Positions 1-8,866 of a stretch of DNA of 64,000 bases are shown here, piece after piece. The stretch spans positions 342,921 through 406,920 of the forward strand of contig MFNS01000001.1 in assembly GCA_001783805.1 (NCBI GenBank). The letters run 5' to 3'. The notes under the pieces were generated by a model. It did no database searches. It had not been told where the DNA came from and was given only the letters and a program-made list of their open reading frames with translations. Origin of the DNA: Candidatus Levybacteria bacterium RIFCSPHIGHO2_01_FULL_40_16. GTDB taxonomy: Bacteria > Patescibacteriota > Microgenomatia > Levybacterales > UBA12049. The position numbers and the translations under genes were made by a program. The stretch's first letter is position 1, and each line of letters begins with the position of its first letter.

Positions 1-639
1 TACAAAAATACTCGAATGCATGCTTTTAACTTCTTGACTAATTGGGCTTAATGTCTTTCCAAAAAACCTATTCTTTCCTTCCACATAAGGGGTTTCTTCA
101 ACAGTAAATCCCAATCTACCAAACAATCTAGCATGACTAATGGTATAAGTAATAAATGTAATGCAGTTTTGCTTAGGCAGCTTCTTTTCATTAATTTCTA
201 TATACTTGGCCACCTTTTTCATTCCCGAAACAAGAGTTTCAAAAGTAGTTCCTTTATCGGAGTGGTTAAATGGATACAGACGTATAAAGCGTTTTCCTTT
301 TTTTAAACTTAAGCCACCATCTTTCTTAGAAACAAAGTCGTTCTCTGCTTTAGCCTCTCTAAGTAGAAAGCAGCTAATAATTTTATCGGGATTATGCCTT
401 AATAGATCCTCGTATAATGTGTTCATATATTGAGCATGTGCTTCCTCGCTCAAAATGTGACTATTGTTTACTTGATCTTCTATCCAAAAAAGGCCATTCT
501 GTATCGCTCGGCTGATTCTTGATGAGCCCATACCCTCTCGTGTTGCTAAGTTATGATTTAATACTGCAAAACGCGCCATTAAAGAGGTTTTCGGGACCTC
601 TTTAATCTCTTTTTGCTGACCTATTCGTTCTGCATTCAT
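1..639 (-). CDS. Hypothetical protein, 3' end runs off the window (MNAERIGQQKEIKE...)
   Basis: Hand translation: open frame from ATG at 639 to base 1 with no stop; absent from the ORF track because it has no stop in the window. Confidence 0.75.
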   Translation of the reverse strand, partial: MNAERIGQQKEIKEVPKTSLMARFAVLNHNLATREGMGSSRISRAIQNGLFWIEDQVNNSHILSEEAHAQYMNTLYEDLLRHNPDKIISCFLLREAKAENDFVSKKDGGLSLKKGKRFIRLYPFNHSDKGTTFETLVSGMKKVAKYIEINEKKLPKQNCITFITYTISHARLFGRLGFTVEETPYVEGKNRFFGKTLSPISQEVKSMHSSIFV

Positions 640-655
640 TGCGGGGTAAATTATA

Positions 656-1492
656 TTAAATCTTGGAAAAATAGTCAAAGACTCTCTTGGAGATTTGAGC
701 AATTCTCTCTTCTGCTCCCGGAGGATAACTACTCTCTGACAAAACTACGATAATATAGTCACCGGTCGGAGCATAGACAATTCCGCCGTCATGCGATAAA
801 TAGTCTATCTCTCCTGTCTTATGCGCAACAACTGTTCCTTCCGGTAGATATCTTGGCAGTTTATCATTAAGGGTCTGGGCTTTTAATAAATCCAGCATTT
901 CTTTAGTATATTGGGGATTATTAAGTTCGCCTTTGTATAACTTTTCAAAAAAAGCCGCGATATCATCAGCTGTTGATGTCGGCGTATCGCCAACATGTGA
1001 ATTATTAAAACCGTCTTTCTTCAAAAACCCGGCGACATTTAATAGCTTTATTCTATTGGTCAAAAGAAGCGCCGCATAATTATGTGAAATGGCAATCATT
1101 TGCCTTAAAGCATCCCTTACCGTTAATGTAATCGTTCCTTCCGTTAGCTCCGCAAATTCCGGATCAATATTAAGACCCTTATTCAAAACGCTCACGTCTT
1201 CCGATAATATTTCGTCTTTTGAAAGAGTGCCATTTCGGATCTGATCAAAAGATTCTGCCATAACCCACAATTTATAAAGACTGCCGACATTGTAAACTTT
1301 ATCTCCATAAAGCGAATCCCTTTTTTCATTTTCTAAATCTTCAACAACCACGCTGTATTTCCCTTTTGCACCTGACAATGAATTTAATATGGTTTTATAC
1401 AGGTTGGTATTGGAATTTATTTGCTTAAAAGTATAAAAACCAATTGTGCTAATTACAATAACGAATAACAGTAGCCATGTTCTTTTCTTCAC
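656..1492 (-). CDS. Class A beta-lactamase-related serine hydrolase with N-terminal anchor
   Basis: SxxK (SLYK), SxN (SHN) and KTG motifs; hydrophobic N-terminus; TGcTATAAT 6 nt before GTG. Confidence 0.85.
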   Translation of the reverse strand: MKKRTWLLLFVIVISTIGFYTFKQINSNTNLYKTILNSLSGAKGKYSVVVEDLENEKRDSLYGDKVYNVGSLYKLWVMAESFDQIRNGTLSKDEILSEDVSVLNKGLNIDPEFAELTEGTITLTVRDALRQMIAISHNYAALLLTNRIKLLNVAGFLKKDGFNNSHVGDTPTSTADDIAAFFEKLYKGELNNPQYTKEMLDLLKAQTLNDKLPRYLPEGTVVAHKTGEIDYLSHDGGIVYAPTGDYIIVVLSESSYPPGAEERIAQISKRVFDYFSKI

Positions 1493-1577
1493 GAAAAGAT
1501 TATAGCAAAATCCAGAATCTTTGTAATTAATGTTGATTTAGGCTGAAAATTCCTTCACCCTGTAGTACAATAATGTC

Positions 1578-1970
1578 GTGGCATTTAACAAGCTCACCCC
1601 AAAAGAAGCAGAAGTAATTGTAGGCAAGGGTACGGAACCGCCTTTCTCGGGAGAATATGACAAGTTTTACGAAAACGGCACTTTTATTTGCCGCAGGTGC
1701 AATGTTCCCTTATTTTCAGCAAAAAGTAAATTTGCTGCCGGATGCGGATGGCCGTCCTTTGACGAAAATTTTCCCAATGCCGTAAAACGGTTGCCGGACC
1801 CGGATGGACAAAGAACGGAGATTCAATGCGCCAATTGCCAAGCGCATTTGGGACATGTGTTTGAGGGAGAACATTTAACCGATAAAAACACCAGGCATTG
1901 CGTCAATTCTTTATCAATCCGTTTTGTTCCCGAAGGAAGGGAGCTGCCGAAAGTTTTACATGAAAAATAA
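1578..1970 (+). CDS. msrB: Methionine-R-sulfoxide reductase
   Basis: GTEPPFSG, two CxxC, GCGWPSF, HLGHVF, RHCVNS. Confidence 0.95.
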   Translation: MAFNKLTPKEAEVIVGKGTEPPFSGEYDKFYENGTFICRRCNVPLFSAKSKFAAGCGWPSFDENFPNAVKRLPDPDGQRTEIQCANCQAHLGHVFEGEHLTDKNTRHCVNSLSIRFVPEGRELPKVLHEK

Positions 1971-2529
1971 ATTGGAAACAGCAACACTTGCAGGCGGATG
2001 TTTTTGGTGTACGGAGGCAATCTTCAGAAGATTGAAAGGCGTAATATCTGTTTTGCCCGGATATGCGGGAGGAAATCCGCCAGCTGGCGGAAAAAATCCT
2101 TCTTATGCACAAGTTTGCTCCGGGAGTACGAGACATGCGGAATCTATTCAAATTGAGTTTGATCCTTCACTTCTTTCTTTTGAAAAAATCCTGGATATCT
2201 TCTGGCATACCCACAATCCCACGACTCTTAATCAACAAGGTAACGACATCGGCACACAATATCGATCGGCAATTTTTTACCACAATCAAAAGCAAAAAGA
2301 AATTGCCGAAAAATCAAAAACGGAATTTGAAGAAGAAAAAGTCTACCTGGATCCCGTTGTGACGGAAATTACTCCTTTCACAAATTTCTATATTGCTGAG
2401 AATTATCACAAAAACTATTTTGAGAGGAACAAAAACAAATCTTATTGTAATTTCGTAATTAACCCTAAAATACAAAAACTTCTCAAAAATTATGGAAATA
2501 TCATCAAGGAAGAATACAGACAATTTTAA
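1960..2529 (+). CDS. msrA: Methionine-S-sulfoxide reductase
   Basis: GGCFWC, QYRSAIF, AENYH; start placed at MKNKLE; carries a PPAGG insertion. Confidence 0.95.
   Translation: MKNKLETATLAGGCFWCTEAIFRRLKGVISVLPGYAGGNPPAGGKNPSYAQVCSGSTRHAESIQIEFDPSLLSFEKILDIFWHTHNPTTLNQQGNDIGTQYRSAIFYHNQKQKEIAEKSKTEFEEEKVYLDPVVTEITPFTNFYIAENYHKNYFERNKNKSYCNFVINPKIQKLLKNYGNIIKEEYRQF
2076..2091. repeat. 16-bp palindrome TCCGCCAGCTGGCGGA (PPAGG element) in msrA
   Basis: Perfect palindrome; near-identical copies at 26709, 30022, 52145. Confidence 0.85.
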
Positions 2530-2571
2530 ATCTCGCCTTTGCAGCAGGTTTTTTTGCCCTATTATTTTTAA

Positions 2572-2994
2572 TTAAGATGCTGTGATGGGGCCGACAAAAT
2601 CTTCCGGGGAAACTTCCTGATCGTGATTCTCATCCAGATCCAAATAAATCAAAACTTCACTTAATGATTTTTTATTCTCCGTATAAATTGAAAGCATTTG
2701 TTCTCCCGCAATTTCGACATACGTACCCATGGATGCTTCAGGATTTGAAGATATGTCAACCTCCTCCCCCTCGTTATCTTCCGGAGCAGCATATCTTGTT
2801 GCTCCCAGTTTCCCATTTGGGTCCGTTATTATTATTGAACCCTTATCTTTATTCAAGCTACAAATAACGGCTATCCTTGATCCTTTTCCCAAAAATTTTA
2901 CAGGCATCCAATTGCCAGAAGCAACACTATGTGAACCTATACATTTCTCTCCCCTTCTTTCACTGGTAGAGAAATAATCTACCTCCACGCTCAT
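2572..2994 (-). CDS. Hypothetical protein
   Basis: 140-aa ORF filling one repeat-bounded unit, with TGaTATAAT upstream. Confidence 0.65.
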   Translation of the reverse strand: MSVEVDYFSTSERRGEKCIGSHSVASGNWMPVKFLGKGSRIAVICSLNKDKGSIIITDPNGKLGATRYAAPEDNEGEEVDISSNPEASMGTYVEIAGEQMLSIYTENKKSLSEVLIYLDLDENHDQEVSPEDFVGPITAS

Positions 2995-3112
2995 ATAAAT
3001 TATGAAAAGATTATATCAAAATGAAAATGATTTGGAAATTCGGGAGGGCTTTGCAGCCGGTTTTTTGATTTATTCAAAATATCATGTTAAAATATGCAGA
3101 TAGCATTTTATT

Positions 3113-3427
3113 ATGAATGAAAAAGAAGGATCTGAATTTGTAGTCGATGTACCTCTGGAGGCAAAAATATTCGCAGACGGACGGACATCCGTAGATTCGC
3201 TAATCTATACAACCAGTCCTGAAGCTTTGGAGAAATATAACAAAGAATGTGAAGAAAAAGGCGGCAGTCTAGTATCTCAAAAAGAACTGAAATCAGAGGA
3301 AGAATTCAGACAGGTATTAGAAAGAGCTTCAAAAAGCTATGGTTTTGCAAGATGGAATTCTTCATGGAATCCGGAAGGACCAAAGAAAAATTGGGTAGTA
3401 GCTCCCAAAAACCCCTCAAACAATTAG
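3113..3427 (+). CDS. Hypothetical protein
   Basis: 104-aa ORF; TTGATT-17-TAAAAT promoter at 3065-3093. Confidence 0.65.
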   Translation: MNEKEGSEFVVDVPLEAKIFADGRTSVDSLIYTTSPEALEKYNKECEEKGGSLVSQKELKSEEEFRQVLERASKSYGFARWNSSWNPEGPKKNWVVAPKNPSNN

Positions 3428-3471
3428 TTCCGCATTTGAATTTTTTTTGGGGGGGGTTGCAGCCGGCGTGG

Positions 3472-4020
3472 CTATTTTAATTTTTTAATTATTTCCAAAA
3501 GATAGGGGAAAGTCGTAAATCCGGTATCCGTATTTAAATGTCCGCCATCTTTTATAATTTTAGGCGCAACTCCAAGTTGATCCGCAACCATCCGTAACTC
3601 TTTCTGCGGAACATATGGATCATTATCTCCAAAGATTACAAATGAATTCTCAACATGTTTTTTTACTCTAGAGAAATCAATATGTTTTTCACTCAAAAAA
3701 TAACTATTCATTTCAGCCCCATAATCTTCTGCAAATCCTGAAACTGAGATTAATCCTATAATTTTCCTGTCAATCCCCCCTAATAGATCAAGAGCTGTCG
3801 TTACCCCCAAAGAATGACCAACTATAATAAGCTCTTGAGGATCTATGCCTTTTACTTTAACTTTTATAATTTTAAGCCATTCTTTTCTATCCGGATGGTC
3901 GGAATTTGGAAGATTCGGCATCAAAACATTGAATCCGCTCTTTATTAATTCATCATGCAGCCACTTTTGCCAATGAATACCGGCGTGTCCGCCAATTCCA
4001 TGAATAATTAACACCGTCAT
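3472..4020 (-). CDS. RBBP9/YdeN-family alpha/beta hydrolase
   Basis: IIHG, GHSLG nucleophile elbow, DNDPYVP, GGHLN. Confidence 0.9.
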   Translation of the reverse strand: MTVLIIHGIGGHAGIHWQKWLHDELIKSGFNVLMPNLPNSDHPDRKEWLKIIKVKVKGIDPQELIIVGHSLGVTTALDLLGGIDRKIIGLISVSGFAEDYGAEMNSYFLSEKHIDFSRVKKHVENSFVIFGDNDPYVPQKELRMVADQLGVAPKIIKDGGHLNTDTGFTTFPYLLEIIKKLK

Positions 4021-4083
4021 AAACCAATTATATCAAAAGTGGGTTTGGGGAACTTTAGTGTTTAATGTATAATTCTAGGCCAT

Positions 4084-4749
4084 ATGCATGAGTCAATGGA
4101 ACATCGTCCTTTCTCCGAAATGGTAAGCATGGAGAGAAATCGGGATTCGCGAGACTACGCTCTGATAAATGGCTTTTCACATGCAAAAGATTTCCTTGAT
4201 TCTTTGGAAAAACAATTAATAAGGGGAGACAGAATTTTGGATATGGGATGCGGAAAAGGAAAGGCAATATCTCAAATCGGCCGAGAATTATCCTTGCAAG
4301 GTATAAATTGTCTGGCTCTAGATCGCGAGCTTCCGGAAAGACAATATAAATTTTTGGAGTATATCGACGGAACTTTTAGTGAAACGGGTCTTGAGGATAA
4401 TTCAGTAGATTTAATTGTTTCTGTATGTGGCTTACTTTACTATGCAGAAGACGAACAAGATCTTCATGAACACGTAAAAGAAACAGAAAGAATATTAGCT
4501 TCAAATGGAGAGTTGTCGGCTGTCGTAGACCCGGTTATTTATGAGCACGATCGTATGAAAATATCTCTTGCGCAATTAGCTACGCAGGAAATACGTCTTC
4601 AATCCCCCACCATTAATAATAAATCCTTCAAAATTAATGTTTGCAATTTATTAAAAGACGAAGGTTTAAGAATTGATAGACGGATATTACCAAAAGGCGG
4701 AATGATGATTGACGACGAAATTACCTTAATTATTAAAAAGGGTAAATAA
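4084..4749 (+). CDS. Class I SAM-dependent methyltransferase
   Basis: ILDMGCGKG motif I, DNSVDLIVS, RILASNG. Confidence 0.8.
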   Translation: MHESMEHRPFSEMVSMERNRDSRDYALINGFSHAKDFLDSLEKQLIRGDRILDMGCGKGKAISQIGRELSLQGINCLALDRELPERQYKFLEYIDGTFSETGLEDNSVDLIVSVCGLLYYAEDEQDLHEHVKETERILASNGELSAVVDPVIYEHDRMKISLAQLATQEIRLQSPTINNKSFKINVCNLLKDEGLRIDRRILPKGGMMIDDEITLIIKKGK

Positions 4750-4785
4750 TTTTGGTTTTTTTGGGGAGGGAGTTGCAACCGAGTT

Positions 4786-5550
4786 TTAATTTGTCCTAGC
4801 TTCTCCAACATCATTTCCATATCCGGGAAGCAAAGACTTGGCATCTTTCATATCAATAAATATTTCAACCTGCATTAGTAACATTTTTCTCTCAAAAGTA
4901 TTTTTAAAACCCCCAAAATATAATTTATGCATATTTTCTTCTCCAAATTCCTCAATAAGCTCCTTATATAGATGACTAATTTTATCTTGCTTCTCCGTGG
5001 TAGGACATTCATAGTCTCTTTCCCGATTGATCTCCTCCTGATAATATACTGTTCCCATTTCAAAAAATAATTCCGGAAGTGACCAATCCTGAAACTGATG
5101 CACTGTCTCATGTACGATGTTTGCAATAAGATTTATATAAGTCAGTTCCGTTATTGCCTGTTCTTTACTGCCAAAATATTCAATAAATTTTTCCTTTTCT
5201 GTCTGAGAAATACCCGCCCATACTTCAAGCGTATCTAGGAGAACTGTTATACCGCCCTTTTTACAAACATATGCCGTTGGATTTCTTGACTCCTCTCTCC
5301 CAAGCCAATCCTTATGAAACTTTACGTAAGATTCTTTTGTTAAGAAAAGCAGTCTATTCTCAATCCCATCTGAAATCTGGTCTTTTGTGTTTGGCATAAA
5401 TTCACCATACTTAGTTACGAGGAAATCGGACACTTCCCTAACTAATGTTCCCAAGCTTTCCTGAAAACTGTCTCTAACAACTGAATAATCACGTCTAAGA
5501 TCCCTCATTGTTTCTTTGCTTGCGATGAAATCATTTCGTTCTACTCCCAT
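4786..5550 (-). CDS. Hypothetical protein with HExxH zinc-peptidase motif
   Basis: IVHETVHQ followed by a downstream Glu (FFEMG). Confidence 0.6.
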   Translation of the reverse strand: MGVERNDFIASKETMRDLRRDYSVVRDSFQESLGTLVREVSDFLVTKYGEFMPNTKDQISDGIENRLLFLTKESYVKFHKDWLGREESRNPTAYVCKKGGITVLLDTLEVWAGISQTEKEKFIEYFGSKEQAITELTYINLIANIVHETVHQFQDWSLPELFFEMGTVYYQEEINRERDYECPTTEKQDKISHLYKELIEEFGEENMHKLYFGGFKNTFERKMLLMQVEIFIDMKDAKSLLPGYGNDVGEARTN

Positions 5551-5672
5551 AAGTCGAAGACAATATTATACTTATTTTTCTTTTTTTGCAAGAATTAGAA
5601 TGTGAGAATGGGGGGGGTTGCAGCCGATTTTCTTATTTGCTTTTTCCGACATCCATACGTATAATCCTCTTT

Positions 5673-6401
5673 ATGGCCAATATAGAAGCACCAAAAAATC
5701 CATTAATTACTGAAACGGGGCCAAAACCATTGACGCTTGAACAAGTTGAATCAAATTCAATTCGATTAAAAATGGGCAGGATTAAAAATTTCAAATTAGG
5801 ATCGGAATCAGTATCATTCAGCAATATAGGAGGTTTTAGCATCACAGATGAGTATGATGCTGATCAATTCGGATTTAATTCTGATCCTTATTGGTCACAA
5901 GACCTTCTCCGTTTTGATCCACTTACTCACATTCTGAAGACAAATAAATATGGGAACTTAGAAGTTTATGAAACTCAAGGAGGAAAACTTATCCCAAATG
6001 GACAAAGACCAAGGATTATCATTGGAGCAAGGGACCTTAGAGAGATTGATAGGGTATACTTTATGGAAGGCGAAGTTCGTCCGTCAGGATTTGTTTTCCC
6101 AAAGCATTTTCCACGTTATCCCCTAGGCGAAGGGCGTGAAATTACTCCTGAAGAGCTCGAGCAGATGCTATTAAAAGCACAACGAGATGATAAACCCCAA
6201 TCCGATTACAATCTTCATGGTGGATTTGCAAGGGTTGACTCAAGCCTAGTTGGAAAAAGCGTTCTCTTAATTCCTTTTGACGTTACCTATAGGGATTCTA
6301 AAAATGTTATGCAAACGGATGCCGTGATAGTTGATGTAGAGGAACTGAAATTAATTCCTCGGATCTTTTATACTCTTACCCCCGAAACAAAAACGCATTA
6401 A
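5673..6401 (+). CDS. Hypothetical protein
   Basis: Start placed at MANIEAP, with TATAAT just upstream; no family recognised. Confidence 0.65.
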   Translation: MANIEAPKNPLITETGPKPLTLEQVESNSIRLKMGRIKNFKLGSESVSFSNIGGFSITDEYDADQFGFNSDPYWSQDLLRFDPLTHILKTNKYGNLEVYETQGGKLIPNGQRPRIIIGARDLREIDRVYFMEGEVRPSGFVFPKHFPRYPLGEGREITPEELEQMLLKAQRDDKPQSDYNLHGGFARVDSSLVGKSVLLIPFDVTYRDSKNVMQTDAVIVDVEELKLIPRIFYTLTPETKTH

Positions 6402-6470
6402 ACAACTTATGGAATTTTAGAGGGGGGGGTTGCAGCCTGTTATTAATTCCTGTCAAGGCTATTCTTCCGA

Positions 6471-6499
6471 TTGACAAGATTGGCTTAATACGCTAGAAT
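6471..6499 (+). promoter_or_regulatory. Sigma70-type promoter TTGACA-17-TAGAAT pointing toward the 3' end of the NYN gene
   Basis: Consensus -35, 17-nt spacer, near-consensus -10. Confidence 0.6.
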
Positions 6500-6518
6500 A
6501 ATATTTAATAATCATCTG

Positions 6519-6542
6519 AAAATCCCCGAAAGGGGATTTTTG
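6519..6542. terminator. Intrinsic terminator-like hairpin, possibly bidirectional
   Basis: AAAATCCCC-GAAA-GGGGATTTT followed by further T. Confidence 0.75.
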
Positions 6543-6546
6543 GAAT

Positions 6547-7074
6547 CTAGATTCTCTCCACAAATTCTCTTAAAGTATTGAAATTAATATATTTATTCGC
6601 AGCTTTTAAAAGTTCGTAAGAGACATGCCCTTTCGATGAAATTACAACTACTTTTTTGTCTTTGTTTTGCAGATATCTGACCAGGGCATGAAAATCGCTG
6701 TCTCCGCTCATTAGAACAGCTGTCGAATAATACTTAAGATCCTTAATGGCATCTATGGTCAGCTCCACATCCAAATTCCCTTTCTTTAAGATAGTGCCGT
6801 CAGATTGTCTAATTAATTTAACTTCTTTGGTTCTGATTTTGTAACCCCACTGTCTTAATTTCCTAAAGAATCCTTGTTGTTTTTCGTCATCTTTTAAATA
6901 TCCAAAATAGAAATAGACGTTATCCAGCTGATAATTGACCTTGAAGTAATCCATCAATTTTTTAAAATCTATCTGCCATTTTAGAGTTCTTTGGGAATAA
7001 ATTACATTAGCTGCGTCAATAAATACCGCAGCCTTAGTTGATTGGCGATAAATGATTTTTCTTATGATTGGCAT
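6547..7074 (-). CDS. NYN-domain (LabA/DUF88, PIN-like) putative ribonuclease
   Basis: VFIDAAN, KGNLDVEL, LMSGDSDF motifs. Confidence 0.9.
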   Translation of the reverse strand: MPIIRKIIYRQSTKAAVFIDAANVIYSQRTLKWQIDFKKLMDYFKVNYQLDNVYFYFGYLKDDEKQQGFFRKLRQWGYKIRTKEVKLIRQSDGTILKKGNLDVELTIDAIKDLKYYSTAVLMSGDSDFHALVRYLQNKDKKVVVISSKGHVSYELLKAANKYINFNTLREFVERI

Positions 7075-7140
7075 CTTTAAATTAATTATAACAGGAATTT
7101 TTTGGGGGGGGTTGCAACCGGTTTCCAAGAATTATCAGAT

Positions 7141-8088
7141 TTATGTCGCTATGTTCTTAGGTTTTCCATTTAGGAAACTTTCCATATTGCTAATAAAAAT
7201 TTCTTGCTTGGCTATTCTTGCCTCATCAGAGATATAACCAATTGATGGATAGAATATGCAATTTTTATATTTAGATAATCTTTTCGCTTCTTCCGGGCTT
7301 AACTCATCCGGATGATCACGAATAATAGTTATATCTTCTTTTTTAAGCCTATCTTCTAATGCCGTTAAATCTGTTATCTCATTGGTAACTGTGCTTACAG
7401 CCAAACTTCCCTTCTTAATGCTATTGATTCTTTTTCTATTTAGAAAATGTTTTGTTTGCGGAGTTTCTGCCAAATTAAGAGAAATAATATCCGCTTGAGA
7501 AATTAAACTATCGGCATCTTGATATTTAATACCTTTTTTCTCCAAATCTTCTTTTCTATGCCTCGACCAATATCTGACATCCGCGCCAAAAGTCTTGGCA
7601 ATTTCTGCTATTCTACTCCCAATTCTTCCCAGACCAATTACTCCAAATATTTTATCTTTTATCTCTGTTGCTTTAAACCCTGCTTCGGAATAATTGCCCT
7701 TACCCGCCTGCTCTTTTGCCCTGGATAAATCTCTTATCTTTTCCAAGATTACTCCAAAAACGAATTCCGCAACTGATTCCGTAGAATAACCCGGGACATT
7801 GGTCACGATTATACCCTTTTTCTTTGCATAATCTGTGTCAATTTTTCCGTAAGCGGTAGCTAAAACGCTAATATATTTTAAATTTGGAGCTGCATCTATT
7901 TCTTCTCTGCCAACAGGTATTTGAAATCCCGTTAAGATACAGTCGACGTCGACCAATTCTTTTCTTATTTGAGGGCTGTCCTTTGGGAGACATAATTTTC
8001 TTTCAACCAATTTATCTAGCTTTCCCCAATATTTCCGGTCCAAGCTATCTTCGCTAATGCTTATTGTTAACGCTTTTTTGAATTTCAT
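7141..8088 (-). CDS. D-isomer-specific 2-hydroxyacid dehydrogenase family protein
   Basis: NVPGYSTESVAE, GVIGLGRIG Rossmann motif; usual catalytic Arg/His motifs look divergent. Confidence 0.85.
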   Translation of the reverse strand: MKFKKALTISISEDSLDRKYWGKLDKLVERKLCLPKDSPQIRKELVDVDCILTGFQIPVGREEIDAAPNLKYISVLATAYGKIDTDYAKKKGIIVTNVPGYSTESVAEFVFGVILEKIRDLSRAKEQAGKGNYSEAGFKATEIKDKIFGVIGLGRIGSRIAEIAKTFGADVRYWSRHRKEDLEKKGIKYQDADSLISQADIISLNLAETPQTKHFLNRKRINSIKKGSLAVSTVTNEITDLTALEDRLKKEDITIIRDHPDELSPEEAKRLSKYKNCIFYPSIGYISDEARIAKQEIFISNMESFLNGKPKNIAT

Positions 8089-8264
8089 ACCCTAACACAG
8101 AAAGTATAGCAAAAATTTAGAATTTTTGGGGCGATTTTTTTTGAGGGGGTTGCAGCCGGTTTTTTTTATTTGCTCGATTATCTTTCAAGTCGAAATATAC
8201 CGATAAGGATTACTCCACTAATTTCTTAATACCAACTAGGTTGCTATCTATATCACAAATGGAA

Positions 8265-8528
8265 CTATTTTACAAATGATCTATAAACCTTTATAAAGAT
8301 ATAGCCGACTACCCAAGCTGTTATCGTAGATGAGATTAAACCTACGATAAATGCCGACATAGTTAAATTCCCAACGTCTAGCCTACTAAACTCAACGCCA
8401 TGAAACCATGATTGAGCGATAGCAAAAAATTCATTAGGAAATAAGCCCACCAACAGCCGACACAATACATAAATAATAGCCGTTGTAACTGCTAAGGCAT
8501 TTTGTATTGCGTATGATTGATTTTTCAT
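8265..8528 (-). CDS. Small membrane protein (DUF5676-like)
   Basis: Two hydrophobic segments, YVLC and WFHG; GGAGGTG RBS; divergent from csoR. Confidence 0.75.
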   Translation of the reverse strand: MKNQSYAIQNALAVTTAIIYVLCRLLVGLFPNEFFAIAQSWFHGVEFSRLDVGNLTMSAFIVGLISSTITAWVVGYIFIKVYRSFVK

Positions 8529-8544
8529 AAATTTTCACCTCCTT

Positions 8545-8573
8545 TTGACATACACCCCCCAGGGGTATATACT
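8545..8573 (+). promoter_or_regulatory. csoR promoter with CsoR-type operator in the spacer
   Basis: TTGACA-17-TATACT; spacer TACACCCCCCAGGGGTA resembles the C-tract/G-tract CsoR operator. Confidence 0.8.
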
Positions 8574-8582
8574 ATAATATAT

Positions 8583-8852
8583 ATGAATAAAAATAAGGAT
8601 GTCAAGGGGCAAGCTCAAAAGCGTATCAATATTATCAAAGGACAGCTTGACGGTTTGCTTAAAATGATCGAAGAAGATAAATATTGTATTGATTTGCTCG
8701 ATCAAAGTTTAGCTATACAAAATTCAATCAAAAGTCTTGATGCGCTTATATTCGAAAAACATTTAGGAACACATGTCGCAGATCAATTCCGAAATGAAAG
8801 AGAAAAAGCAATCGCAGAACTGTTAAGATTATTTAAGAGGATTCATCAATAG
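8583..8852 (+). CDS. csoR: CsoR/RcnR-family metal-sensing repressor
   Basis: KRINIIKGQLDG, YCIDLL, KHLGTHV; directly upstream of a P1B ATPase. Confidence 0.85.
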   Translation: MNKNKDVKGQAQKRINIIKGQLDGLLKMIEEDKYCIDLLDQSLAIQNSIKSLDALIFEKHLGTHVADQFRNEREKAIAELLRLFKRIHQ

Positions 8853-8866
8853 ATAGATAAATCTTT

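Larger units (their letters stand above)
2539..8159 (+). repeat. Eight intergenic copies of (AATTTT..)G-tract-TTGCARCCGG
   Basis: Cores at 2539, 3051, 3457, 4773, 5618, 6430, 7112, 8150; all on the + strand and all intergenic. Confidence 0.9.

Noticed and set aside
161-433. 90-aa + strand ORF from the track
   Set aside because: Shadow of the longer minus-strand frame 639 to 1
656-1492. Antibiotic-resistance beta-lactamase
   Set aside because: Membrane-anchored, and the omega-loop ExxLN motif of true class A enzymes is not evident; more likely a cell-wall serine hydrolase
4763-4770. GGGGAGGG matching the FtsK KOPS motif GGGNAGGG
   Set aside because: Only one copy of the repeat matches, and KOPS would not explain the conserved TTGCARCCGG or the strictly intergenic placement
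7085-7117. Poly-G tract as a phase-variable promoter spacer for the NYN gene
   Set aside because: The TTGCAA to -10 spacing is 21 nt, and the same motif also follows 3' ends of + strand genes where it cannot play that role
2539-8159. Integron attC array or CRISPR interpretation of the repeated motif
   Set aside because: No RYYYAAC/GTTRRRY pair or attC hairpin and no intI; spacing is gene-sized and irregular, with no cas genes
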